Positions 50,486 to 62,679 of a DNA stretch of 64,000 nucleotides are shown in pieces. Location of the stretch: positions 105,896,001 through 105,960,000 of the forward strand of contig JANJGN010000016.1 of assembly GCA_026770705.1 (NCBI GenBank), given 5' to 3'. Each line of letters begins with the position of its first letter. The first letter of the stretch is position 1. This DNA is from Isurus oxyrinchus. Taxonomy: Eukaryota. The notes under the pieces were generated by a model. The model made no database searches. It was not told the origin of the DNA and saw only the letters and a list, made by a program, of their open reading frames with translations. Made by a program: the position numbers and the translations under genes.

Positions 50486-51120
50486 TTTTTGTTAATAACC
50501 ATTTTTGTTTCGACCAAATCGACTAACCCAACATAATACTTCTGTGGTGCGGAAAACAATTAATAGGAGTGGCAGCACATCACACCAAAGGTGGTGTAGC
50601 TCCAGTCTGCTATGGAGTCAGATATTAAAAGGTTTGGGAACGGCTTTCCTCTTGAAAGCTCCTTATGAGGGAAGAATGCAAGGGCCCTGTTTGTTCTCTC
50701 TTACCTTATCCTTAATCATATTTGATCCCTGATGGCGTTGGCAAGCTATTTGGCTGGGAGGAGCATCACAGCTGAGCCTGATCTTGTTCTCAACCAAGAT
50801 CCATGCAAATGCAGTTCAAGATGAATTCGATAGATGGCAATTGAGAACAGGGACCAAGGCTCTTTTTTTGGCTTGTCCGCATTCCCTGTCCTTTGCCACA
50901 TCATTGACTATGGCTATGCTGTCAGCTATCTAGGCCTTTGTCCTGAAATTACCTCCCTCAATTTCTCTGCCTCTACTCATCCCTCTCCCTCCTTTAATAC
51001 CGTCCTTTCAAACCCACCAGCTTGACCCCCCCACCCCCCGCCTATATCTCCTCCTTTGTCTTGATGTCCATTTTTGTCTGATTGGAATACTCTTGTACAT
51101 TAAAGATGCTAGATAAATGT

Positions 51121-51344
51121 AAAACAAAAACAGAATTACCTGGAAAAACTCAGCAGGTCTGGCAGCATCGGCGGAGAAGAAAAGAGTTGACGTTTCGAGT
51201 CCTCATGACCCAGTCGAAGGGTCATGAGGACTCGAAATGTCAACTCTTTTCTTCTCCGCCGATGCTGCCAGACCTGCTGAGTTTTTCCAGGTAATTCTGT
51301 TTTTGTTTTGGATTTCCAGCATCCGCAGTTTTCTTTGTTTTTAT
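51121..51344. mobile_element. Young palindromic PLE-derived insertion (91-bp inverted arms, 14-bp TSD)
   Basis: Arms 51121-51211 and 51219-51309 are reverse complements with a single mismatch (51238) and a 7-nt spacer. TSD ctagataaatgtaa at 51109-51122 and 51345-51358. Confidence 0.92.
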
Positions 51345-53029
51345 CTAGATAAATGTAAGTTGTTTCTTCTTGTAGTCCAGGGTTCCCTTGGACAATTTTT
51401 AGCATACCGACCTGTGCCCTGACTCAGATCAGCTAACTTAGCTTAGACTACAAGGATGGAATCTGGCACTTACCAGTCTGTACAGTAACCAGCCATTAGG
51501 GAAGCTCCAGGGACTTTCTGATCTTTATTTGTTGGGAGAGAACCCATGCTTGCCACCCTGTCTTTCTCTTAAATTTAACATGCCAATGAATGAAGCAAGC
51601 TGTAGTTGTTCTCTTAAAACTAGGCAACCCCCTGGTACAAGACTACTGTATACCTAACAAGTCAGTAGTTAGTATTCTTGCTCAGTGAAGCTTTGTATTA
51701 ACTGGAAACACGCTTGAGATTTTTTTAATACACGGTGGCTCTTACTTTTGTAAGTTATGAAAACATTTGCTGCCACATCTTCTGAGGGCGATTGGAGATG
51801 TGTATAGATTCATTCCTTTGACCACAGCCTTCTAGATGACCAGGTAGATATCAGCAATTTTCCAATCATTACAGTAGTAAACTCCATCCCATTCTGCCCT
51901 GTACAACATACTGGGGAAAGGGGCTTAGTCCGTTTAGGGCAGAGATGAGTAGCCACAGGGGGTCCTGTTAAGAAGTTGGAACATGCATCCTATAATCCTA
52001 TAGTTTTAATTCTAAAAGGTTTATGGTGGCAGAACCAATAAATTAGTGATGTTACTGTTAACCAGGTAATACTGTTCCATTTAATGTAAGTCAACTACCG
52101 TATGATGTTGTACTTACTTAACATATTAAAGGTTTTAAAAGTTTAAAGTTCATGTTGAGCCTTTGAAAGTAGAGCACATTAATATTTAGTGACAAAATGG
52201 ATCTGGCATTCAGAGTGTTGCAACTGAAGACTATTAGATCCTTTCACGTGTCCTTGGTTGTAGCTGTAGTTTATATACAGACCTATAATGCTGGGTGTTT
52301 TTTAATTCTTTCATGGGATGTGGGCATCACTGGCTTTGGCCTGGTCATCCTTTAGGCTGTGAATGGGCACCATTATGTGAGAGTGTCACATTCTCCCATT
52401 TTGTGATTGTTTTGTACTGCTCAAAGCAGATGCGGTTGGGCCAAATTTCAGCAGATGGTTCTCATTTAATGTTTCATAATGACATAACTCTTGCAGACTT
52501 GCAACAATATGTGGATTTACTGTATAAAACATTAATAAGCCACATGGACGTTTTGGGATTCTTTGGCCTAATAACTTTGAATTCATTAAGTAATGATCCA
52601 CAATATAATCAAACGTTGTTACAAATAATGGGGAAGCTCCAACTGGTCCAAAGGCTTCATCTTGTTGGAATTTGATTTCCTCTATTTGCTGGAATGTAAC
52701 CTACGATGGAACCCAAGAAAATTTGGTTGTATTTTTGTTTTGTTTTGTTGTATAAGGGCTTTAGATCTTAAACAATGATTGCATGTATTACAGAGGAAGC
52801 AAATTGTCCAAATAGCTAAATAAGCATTGGTTGTTATCTGCACTGTGTTACACACTCCGCCATTTGAATGAATGCCACAATTGGAATTCATTAGCGCTCT
52901 GATACTCTGTTTCCCTTTTTCCTAAATTGCATTTTGGACCAAAACAAATTTCAGTTAAAATCCTGTCATTTTAATTCTTCACTTCCACTCCCTCTCTGAC
53001 CTCGCTGACTTCAGTCTCCAACATTGATC

Positions 53030-53475
53030 CAATGGAGCTCAGTATAAGCTTGAGGAACAGAACTGCATCTTTCAGTTAAACATTTTACAGCCTTCCAGAC
53101 TCAACGTTTGAGTTCGACAATTTCAGGCCTGAACCTCTTGTCCCCGTTCTCTTGGCAGCAGCTGTTGGTGGTTTGGATGAATTCTTGTTTACACCTCCTC
53201 TAGACCCATCTTCTTGTTTCTTTACCTGTCCTATTGCTATCTCTTTTTGCCTTGTGCCAGCATCCCTTTTCTCATTTAATCTCTCCTGCCTTCTACTCCA
53301 TATGAGACTTCCCCTTTTGTTCTTTCCCCGTCTATGTACTTGCTTAAAACTTGTAATCTCTCTAACTGTTTTCCAGTTCTGGCAAAAAGTCATTGACCTG
53401 AAACGTTAACTCTATTTCTCTACAGCCAGTGTCCAACCTGCTGAGTATTTCTATCCTGCATTATTTTTATCTCAG
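53030..53475 (+). mobile_element. PLE 3' fragment (ORF C-terminus plus hammerhead-like motif at 53375-53411)
   Basis: A KLEEQ..IFQL..LQPSRLNV-like remnant, then agtt-CTGGCAA-A-AAGTC att GACCT-GAAA-C-GTT-aact. Confidence 0.8.
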
Positions 53476-54559
53476 TTAAAAGCCAATTGCATCTGGGTAA
53501 AGGAACTTTGCCTTTTATCCAGTAAAATTACTAAGGGAGATGGATTCACAAGTATCCAATGGAAGAAGAGTATTTTCTTCAAAAATATGATTGGTTATAT
53601 TGCTCATGACTTCGAACAGTTTGCAATACTATTAAGTTCTGATAACTGCAAGAGATGTGAAATGAAGTTACATGAGCATTTCTTTCAAAGTGCATTGGTG
53701 GCATTTCACATTCAGCGCATTCAGCTATCGCCATGAATGTGATGCAATAACAGAACCCTGTGCCTGTCAAAATCTACGTAAGATTCTCCTAAATCATTAA
53801 AATGACACTACATGTATTTTTGGTGGTAAGAATGAATTGGTAGGAATGACTGCAAGGGCTGTAGTAGCACCGAGGGATTTAGTATTCGCCAACATCAAGA
53901 GCGAAGCTCAGAAACTGGGAACAAACTATGTGGGTGGCTCTTTCAGAGGACCAGCATGAGTTCAATGGGCAGAATGGAAGCCTTAACTTTGTTGCGGAAT
54001 ACTGTGATTTTCAGTTTAGAAGCTTTCATCTGAATCATGAAATCACTTGACTTCCGTATGTATTATGGAGTCTTCTAGGTGTGATTAAGTTTCTCGTCTG
54101 CAGCTTTTTCCCTTGTTTGGGACAGTGTTCCAGGAGGACTGGCACAGCCATCTACCACCTTGTCCAAGTGGTTGCATTTTTAGGTTTGGGAATACAACGA
54201 TGATTGCTGGTAGGCTGTTTCAACATGAGGGGAGAGAAGGTGCTGCGCAGCACAGTTTGTTTCCTGATCTGTTCACTCGGCAACGTTTCTAGAAAGTGAT
54301 GGTGATTGTGAGCAGGTATGCAGTCTTGCTTTTTTCATTTTCTGTGCTTTATCTGGTTCATAACAGCTGATGCCTCTTGTAGCAGCCCAGCACCATCTCA
54401 GGGACTGAACTTGGCCCAGTACAATACTACCTGGTGCCAATAGAGGAACCCCTGCAAGCAGTTCATTTTTTGCCATTGTGCTTTGTGTAGATTTGTCATA
54501 CATCCCACTGAAGTGATTTGTGACATTATTACCCCAGGGTTATTGAATGTTAATTAAGC

Positions 54560-54920
54560 AGGGATGGTTAAAGGGAAATTAACAGAAGTGTTCAAAATTA
54601 CTGGAATAGATATGAAGAAACCATCTTTCTACTGGCAGGATTGTTGGTTACCAGAGGGCTACAGATTTAAGATAAATAGCAATAAAAAGTCAGGGACGAG
54701 ATGAGATGAGTTTTTTTTCATGTGTTAAGTTATGATCTAAAATGTTTTGAATGAAAGCATGAAGGAAGTAGATTTAATGGTAACTTTCAAAAGGGAATTG
54801 GATCTTAAGTTAAAAACGGAATAAAAGAGCTGGCGAGTAGGACTAATTGGATACATCTTTCAAAGAACTCGTGCATCCAAAATGAGGTGAATGGCGACCG
54901 CTTGCACTGTATCATTCTGA
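54560..54920 (+). mobile_element. Decayed CR1 3' fragment
   Basis: RL.G.L.EVFKI, TRGHRFK-like and FKRELD-like remnants plus the 3' tail. Confidence 0.65.
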
Positions 54921-55222
54921 TTGCATGGGAATGTGGCCAGAGCGTGCAGTGTATATTGTTTAGGCAAGATGTCGACTTTCTTGTTTCAATGATCAATGCT
55001 GGCTGAGAAAGTCATTAGACTTTTAAGTTATGAGACCACCTTCAGAAAGACCATATGGGGAAAAAAACAAAAATAAGTTATATGACTAAGTAAATCAATT
55101 TGACACCTCATTATTCACTAAATCCTGGTCCAGCTAGTCCAAAGTTGTATTTCCATACTCCCTGGATATCTAATTAAGATGAAGTGAATTTTTTAAAAAG
55201 TTTTTTATATCACAACAGATTT

Positions 55223-55285
55223 GGTGTGTGTGTATGTGTGTTGTGTGTTTCTGTGTGTGTGTAGGGGTGTGTGTGTAGGTGTGTA
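55223..55285. repeat. Degenerate (GT)n microsatellite
   Basis: Interrupted gtgtgt runs seen directly. Confidence 0.8.
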
Positions 55286-57563
55286 GATAAGGTTATAGGG
55301 TACTGTAGACAATTGTCTGCATTTTTAACCATGCACTTCCATCTGCAGCAAGTAATTATATTTGAGTTGCTGACAGTGTGGTGTCTCTTAAATCATTTTC
55401 ATGAAGTTACAGTGAACATCTTGTAAAGTGGTCTTGGTGAACTCTTTCTAGGAGAAGGCATTTGTTACAGCAATGACACTTTTTGGCCTGGTGCCAGTTG
55501 TGTGGAAACTTGTGTCGTGTGCATGGATCTTTTTTATTTTCTCATTACTTAGACGCTTGTCAGACATTGAGAATTATACACAAAGGAGCTTTTTTTTGAT
55601 TTAAAAGAAATGTTGATCTATAATTTCCAAGGACTCAACTCTAGGCAACAAATGGTATTTTTCATCGTGTTTGTTGTCTGTTTGGTTTTTTTTAAGTGAT
55701 GGTACAGTCCTGTTTTACTCAGCTTCTAGTCTCTCCTTTTCCCTCCTCTACTTTCGCTGCTGTGCTCGTTATCTCTCTTTGTCTCTCCACCACAGTTAGA
55801 GTAAGTGAGTGACATTTTTTTTCTGATCAAAACCATTTGCTGCTCTGAACCCATATAGAGCAGATTCTGCCTGTAGCTTCCTTCAACCACTCCCACTGCT
55901 ACATCATTTACATTTCAGGAATTTCTTCAGTCCTGCTTTCCATCAGACTTCCAAATTATTATTGTATGTAATTCTCAGGAGTCGCCCTTCTTCCTGTCCA
56001 GTGTGCCTCCTCCATCTCAATACAGTAGCAGCCTATCTCGCTGTTTGTGATATCCTGAGATATATACTTTGAGGGAGTTTGATGAGGTAGCTGAAAAGAG
56101 CAGTACTAGTGGTACCGCCAGAATAATACACCAGAAAAAAGTCAGGGAATGAGAGAGAAATTAGAAAACATGGAGAAGAACAATGTTTTCAACTGTTGAG
56201 TTTTTTTTCCAATTTCTGCTTTTGAAATGTGCCATTATTAATACTGTGTAGAAACTAAAAATACTTCATATGAGTAATAGGTGTGCCTTGTGAAAAGGAT
56301 TGGAATCCCATTTACTTTTACACATCATTGATGAAGTGGTGAGAAAGGGTTAGTATTGGAGAAAATTGTAAGAGCACCAGCAATAATGTTTATACCTAAT
56401 AGACTGTTAACAGTGTTCACAGTCGATGTGAGTCATCATTACCCTGTTGGAAAGTGCTGTAGGCTGAAATTTAAAGAAAAAGTGCTGAGTTGCAGCTGAA
56501 TTGTGCAGATTCAGTATTTTACAACTCCAGGCTTTTACCCTTTGATTTCCATGCAATACATCCAGGCTTCAACATGACCTCCCTCTGCTAATGGCTTTCC
56601 TCAGCAGCAAAACAAAAGAGTTAAAGCATCACGGAAAGTCAACTTTATGATGTAGCAAACAGCAAAAAAAAAGTCCTTTGTCAAATTATTATTTGAGCAA
56701 CTTACTTGTAATTTAGCCTCTTCCCTTGTTGGTGAAAATGTTCACTTGGCTTTCAACAGTATTTTTTTTAGCTAAAGTCATTAGATTTAAAAGTGATGAC
56801 AAATTCCACTTCCCTCTTGAAAAGTCAGCAACTATGTTAACTGCACAACTAATCAAAAATATTGTTTACCATTCTGCAGCATTAGTCTGCTGACCTGGCC
56901 GTCAGTTTGTCTAGCGACCCCAGTGGTTACTGACTGCCCCCCTCAATTCATCAAACCCTAAAGTGCTGTTTCTTTTGGTGGGAATGTGGGGTGCGTTATA
57001 ATTTCAGCATTGGTGCTCTGTACAGATTTTACTCTGATATCACAATTTGTTCAAATATGTCCTCTGTATAGCACAGGGTCTCCTCTGATGGCAGAAGCAC
57101 CCTCCCAGTGGTGGCAAATGAAGATAAATTACATGGAATATGCAGAACAGAAACAAACCAAACGGCTCAACTAGTCAGTTCCAGTGTTGATGCTCCACAG
57201 GAGCCTCCATCCATGCTTTATCATCTAGCCCTATTGGGATAACCTTCTATTCTTTTCTCCCTCATGTACTTATCTAACTTCTCAAATGTATCTGTGCTAT
57301 TTGCTTTAACTACTTTCGCATTCTTGTTTCTCTGAGTTTCACATTTTAAGCATTCCCTCTGGTAAAGAAGTTTCCCCTGAATTACTCATTGGATATATGA
57401 GTGACTATTCTATAATTATCATGCTGAGAGTAGATATAGAGAAGACACTTTCGCTTGAGGGAGAAACCAAAGCCACCAAATTCTTTCAAGATGCTGGACC
57501 TGCAGATCACCTCTCAGCCTTCTATTTTCTAAAGTAAAGAGCCCCAGCCTGTTCAATCATTAT

Positions 57564-58239
57564 GGACAGTATCTTCTGGTTGGCGTGTGGGGATGGGCCC
57601 CGCATGCTGTGTGTAAAATGACATGCGGTGACATTGGGCGTCACTGCGCATCATTCCGATCTTCAGTTCAGCGGGTGCGCACCAGAGTCAGCTGTGCACC
57701 TACCGAACTGTCAAAGGCCTGTTAAGGCCATTAATCAACTCATTGAAGTAGTTGTCAGTACTGCCCGTCCAACCTTAAGGTTGACAGGCAGGCGAAGAGC
57801 CAAGGCGGCCTTTGCATTTTTCATGGAACCTCATCCACAGGCGGGATGAGGCTTCATGAAGGGTTTATAACTGTAATAAAAATTTTTATTAAAATTCATT
57901 GACATATCTCAGCTCATGTGACTCTGTCACATGAGAGGACATGTCTGAATAATTTTTTTTTAATTCCTTTTTTTCAAGTTTTCAAAATCACATTAATGTC
58001 CCCGAGGCATCCATGTCTCAGGGAGTTTTGTGTGCCGTTTCACACACAGGCCTTAACTCTCCCTCCTCCCCCCACCTGCATAGCTAGCACTGAGTGCTTC
58101 TGGGTGCGCATCATGCTGGGCAGGCCTTAATTGACCCGCCTATGTAAAATAGCAGCGTGCAGCCTATCGCGGGAGGTAGTCAGCTGCACACCCACCCGCG
58201 CCTGCTCCCGTCCACTCCGCTGGAGAGAAAATCCTCCCC
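57564..58239. mobile_element. Harbinger-like non-autonomous element inserted in a minus-strand CR1 remnant
   Basis: tat|GGACAGTATCTTCT ... AGAAAATCCTCCCC|tat (3-bp TSD). The CR1 sequence ccccagcctgttcaatc resumes as aggtataacc after the element. Confidence 0.7.
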
Positions 58240-58526
58240 TATAGGTATAACCCTGCAGCTACACTAAGTATAAGAAGCACACACTTGTCAGTGGGAGAGG
58301 GACAACCAAGTCCTGGTTCTTGTGGACATCCGCTGGCTCCCTGTCCATTTCTCAAACCTTGCCACCTTTTTCTCCCTCCATTCTTTCTTATGGAAGCCAT
58401 CTCAAAACCCGCTTCTTTGACCTTCCCTTCAGTCACCTCCCCTACTTTTCTTGGTACATCAGTCCTGGTAAATTGGCTCGGCCATTTTGTTATGTTCTCG
58501 TGTGTTTGCATGGCTAGTCACCCATG

Positions 58527-58727
58527 TGGGAGAAATCCTATTGTTGTGAGTTTTGTAATAAAGCCTTCACACAGTTGTTGGACCTCCTGGAGCATCAGTG
58601 AACCCACACGGGAGACAAACTCTTCCAGTGTGATGTGTGCCAGAATTGTTTCACCGACCTCTCTCTTGCCATACACCAACGTCTCCACATGGACCTGGAG
58701 CTGGGTCACCTGCTTCCGTTACACTGA
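58527..58727 (+). pseudogene. Orphan C2H2 (Kruppel-type) zinc-finger pseudogene fragment, two fingers
   Basis: WEKSYCCEFCNKAFTQLLDLLEHQ*THTGDKLFQCDVCQNCFTDLSLAIHQRLH. The first finger is C-x2-C-x12-H-x3-H, followed by a TGEKP-like linker; the second finger is one codon short. In-frame TGA at 58599-58601. Confidence 0.8.
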
Positions 58728-59139
58728 TAGTTGTCTGTGTTGTTTACCCTCCAATGCTCACAGAGGGGAGCTGTTGTTCCAAAGCACTGTCTGTCCCAGC
58801 AGTGCCTGTCTGTAACTCTCCCATCATCAGCCCAGTTGTTTCAAGAAGGCCAATTTAACCTTTGCCCAGATCACTAAACATCACCAAAGCATATGTATAG
58901 AAGCTCCTGTATAAACTCAGCATCCCTTTCAGTGCAGCTTCAGGTACAAGTCACTCACTGACTCTGTCTGACCAAGAAGGCAATCAGATACTCAGTGATT
59001 AGAAAGGCTTCAGCTTCTGATCTAGCAGCACAAGCGCCCAGGGGAGAAGCCATTCCTGAGGTAGTAATGGAGGGATATTATGGCATAGCCGATAATAAAG
59101 ACTGAGTTGTTCAAATCCCAGAGGGAAACTTGAAACAAC

Positions 59140-59500
59140 TGTCATAACCCATTTTTGGAATTTGTATGTTTTGAGATGTAGGCTTTGAATTCAGGAATAA
59201 TAAGACCACTGAGTCTCGAGAGGTTTTTTATAAATCTAAATTAAACATTTATTAATACAAGAAAAATTTTAAGCACATACATATGCCTAGACAATTATTA
59301 CTATAATAATTACAAAAATCCCCTAATTAATCTGACTCTCGGTTACACCCCCATTAAGGCAACAGTAAAACTTGTAGATTTAAAAGACCCCAGGCAAAGC
59401 ACATTTGACCTTACAAATTCAAAATGAGGTTCCTTTGCAGCCACAGTTGCAGATCTTAAATGCCTCTGTCTTACACTCACAAAGTCCTTTCTGTTTATAC
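59140..59500 (-). mobile_element. Probable LTR fragment
   Basis: Begins TGTCATAA on plus (…TGACA terminus on minus), with minus-strand AATAAA at about 59248-59253. Interrupts a SINE head at 59070-59138. Confidence 0.4.
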
Positions 59501-59509
59501 CTAACTTTT

Positions 59510-59690
59510 CAAGAAGGAGTTAGAGTTAGATATAGCTCTTGGGATGAAACGGATCAAATGATATTGGGAGAAAGCGGGAGCAGGCTATTGAGTTGGATGA
59601 TTAACCATGATCATAATGAATGGCGGAGCAGGCTCGAAGGGCCGAATGGCCTAGTCCTGCTCCTATTTCTTATGTTATGTTTCTTATAAT
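59510..59690 (+). mobile_element. CR1 3' tail
   Basis: ttcaagaaggagttaga...gaatggcggagcaggctcgaagggccgaatggcct..tcctgctcct followed by a ttatg tail. Confidence 0.8.
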
Positions 59691-60139
59691 GCTGCTCTTC
59701 AGCATGTAGGTTGTGGCCCGTGGCTCAAGGAGGCCTGGTGAAATTAAATAAGAATCCCTTCATAATTAATCAAAGTGGAGGACATTTAAAAGTTTGTATA
59801 TTGGTAGCACTGGGGCAGTCTTATATGGTAGCCAACATTTTGAACTCTGAATTTATTTGTTTGGAGGTACAGTCAGTGCACTTCGCACAGCCCCTTAAGA
59901 ACTGAATTGGAACGCGATAACTTTACAGGAGCAAAACAGTTTGAGAGTGAAAACAGCCCATTCCCTTGAGGCTAAATTTATGGAAAACCTAATTTTTGAT
60001 GTAATTACTTATTGGGGCGACAGCGCAAAATATTAGATTTTACGTGGAACAATTTCCTGCGCAAGTTAATTCTAATTGGTTTTATTGTGTAACTGGCTTT
60101 ATATTCCAGGTTAATAATTTGTGTCAGCCTGTCTGAATT

Positions 60140-60370
60140 AGTAGTATCTCAGTTTGAGTCAGAAAAATCGCAGGTTCAAGGGCCTGATCAGCCCATGAAA
60201 GAAGACCTTAAGCTCACACTTCCGTGCAGTACTGAGGGAGTGTTGTATTATCAGATGTGCCATTTTTTTGATGGGACATAAAGCTAAGATCGTGTAAAAA
60301 TTTTCCATGAATACTTCTCCAACATTGCAAAGTTCTTCCTGTGGCCTAGCTAACACTTCTTAACGTCAAC
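60140..60370 (+). mobile_element. Deu-domain SINE fragment
   Basis: tgagtcagaaaaatcgcaggttcaag...gcagtactgagggagtg...gatgtgcc. Confidence 0.6.
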
Positions 60371-60500
60371 AGATTTACTCCCCCACCCTATATTGGTGTT
60401 GCTTTTTTATTTATTTTCTCTTTTTATGAGAGGGTGAGACAATGGTGAGAGTGGCATCAGAAAGCAGAGTGATTGAGTCAAACCAGAGCTAAGAGTCCAT

Positions 60501-61747
60501 GGGCAGAATGTTCTGTGCCCGCTGGCGGCAGGCTCGTGGGGCGCCGTGAGCAGACAATATGGTGGGAGGGCCAAAGATCGGTTTCATGCCATCATTAAAC
60601 GTGTTTGCAACCGTCCACTCCACTCGTCAATGGTGGCCTCATTTCCTGCTGCCACATGCCTGGAACTTCATTGTAATAAAACTGCATATCATTATAAGCC
60701 CAGCTCGCCAGACACCGCCCATGCTAGATCATCTGGGCACAAGCCGATGTGTTTCACAGCTGTACCTAAGTGACGTGCACCTGGCAAGCTGCACTTCGCT
60801 TGGGCCTTCGAGGTTTGTTTGCTTCGGGCAACACTCGTGGTCATCAGCGCCAGGCCTCGCAGGCAGCACCACATAAGTTTTAGGAGGGCTCACGGGCAAG
60901 TCTCTACTTACTGCTTTTCAACGGCTGCAGGGTTATGGCTTGCTTGGGGAAGGGGGAGGGTTGGCCTCGGGCAGTGGGAAGAGGCCGCAGGGCTAGGGCA
61001 GTACTGAGGGGAGTGGGGGTGGGGGATATCCCAGGTTGTGCGTGGGGGCACATGTTGATCTGTGCAAGAGGGTGAGGGCTGAGGAGGCAGTCCCCATAGG
61101 AGAAGAGCCAGATAGAGATGCAAGGGTGTGTGTGAGAGTGAGTGGTGATGTCCCTTGAGCTGTCAGTGAGTGAGATGCCAGTGAAGGTGTGATGGCCTTA
61201 TGAGTGTGTGAGTTTAGAGTGATGAGATTGTTGCCTTACCCTGGTGGCACAGATGAGATCATTGATCCATTTTCTACACTGGATAGCCAGTCTCTTCTAT
61301 GCAGCATTGGCACTGAACGCCACCTCCAAAGCTGGAGTGATGACACTGATGGGCCTCTTGCAGCCAGAGCTTGGGTAGAGGACAACATGGTTGGCTCCAA
61401 CGGTGTCTAGAAGGTGTCCCAGGGACGCGTCACTGAATTGGGGGTCTGCAGTCTTCTTGCCTTTCGGGGCCATGTCTTCTGTGCAGCAGTCCTGGGCTGG
61501 AAGCACTGAGAGGCGTGCGCATGGCTGCATTAAATACGGCGCCTGGCATGAGGAAGCAACGAGGTGACGGTGTGGTGGGCAAATGAGAGCCTGCCTGCCA
61601 TTGAGATGACGTGTTTCCCAGGAATGCATGTTAATGAGGCGGGATTGGGACAATGATGCTTGAAAAGCTGCCTTTGTGACCAGTGGGTAAAACATTCTTT
61701 TTCTCGCTCAGTACCACATTTGGTGCAAATCTGGGATGATTTCACCC
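60501..61747 (-). mobile_element. Internally deleted Harbinger-like element retaining Myb/SANT exon 1
   Basis: Termini GGGCAGAAT and ATTTCACCC. ATG at 61473 opens MAPKGKKTADPQFSDASLGHLLDTV..VVLYPSSG.., with donor CAGG|GTAAGG at about 61240. Homologous to 6255-6900. Confidence 0.8.
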
Positions 61748-61762
61748 CAGGGACGCGGATGC

Positions 61763-62678
61763 TGTTATGACCCAGCCCCAGGGCGAGGTTCCCCAAAGTT
61801 GTTGACCCTGGCGAGACCCCTCAATTTGTCACCGTCTGGCTGGGACAGCCCCAAATTGTTATGCCCCGGCTGAGGAGGGATGAACTGGCTCCCTGTCTTT
61901 ATTCAGCATCCAGTCCACTTCCCCTTCTGTTGGTTGCAACAAGATTTAATGTAAAAAGGATCCCTTTCACGATACCTTTTTCCCAGACCCAATCATTCTG
62001 GTTTTGATCAGACTTTCTTGAGTTAAAGTTAAGAGTAAGTTTATTAACTACTAAAGGCAGGAAAGGGTAAAACATTTGCATATACAGTTATACAGGTTAA
62101 AAGTAAGAATTTAGCTTGAAGTGAATCAATATATATATTTTAAAAAAGGTAAGTGGAACAGTCCGTGACTCTTGGGGAGTAGGTGATTGAGTGCTGCAGC
62201 CGTTAAGATTCGGGAGTCCAGCAGAATTGGCTCCGCTGGATGAATAGTTGGATTCGAGGTGTCCAGTAGGGTTGACTCAGGTAGACAAATAGTTGGTTTT
62301 GAGGTCCCAGTAGTGCTGAATTCAGTAGAGAGGAGCGAGATCGGGATACCTGCAAAATGGCGATTTGCAGGGGTACTATATGTGGCTGTTACTTCTGAGT
62401 CAAACTTTCAGCACGTGCTCTCTCTCAGAACGCCCACCAACATACAGACACCGGGGCAGCCTCTCAGCTCACTTTTAACCCCTCTTTAGTATATCCCAAG
62501 TGGGAAGCGAATTCACAGATCTAACTGGCCATTGCTCACAGGATTTCTTGATGAGGTGATGCTCATCTTCCATTATGCCCTATTGTCTCTACAGGAGGGA
62601 GCATTAGTTTCTGAATGTCTTTAGAAGTACCTTGTCTGGCAACAGGATGGGGTCCCATTACCTCTTAGGGAGTCACCC
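61763..62678 (-). mobile_element. Probable LTR (solo or truncated), cut by the downstream LINE
   Basis: Starts TGTTATGA on plus (…CATAACA terminus on minus), with minus-strand AATAAA at about 61898 and 62041. The other terminus and TSD are not visible. Confidence 0.45.
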
Positions 62679-62679
62679 T

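Noticed and set aside
51082-51422. Mirror-image ORFs encoding the same peptide on both strands
   Set aside because: A direct consequence of the palindrome, not protein coding.
58285-58815. 176-aa ORF
   Set aside because: Spans an L2 tail and an off-frame reading of the zinc-finger relic. The meaningful frame is the interrupted C2H2 one.
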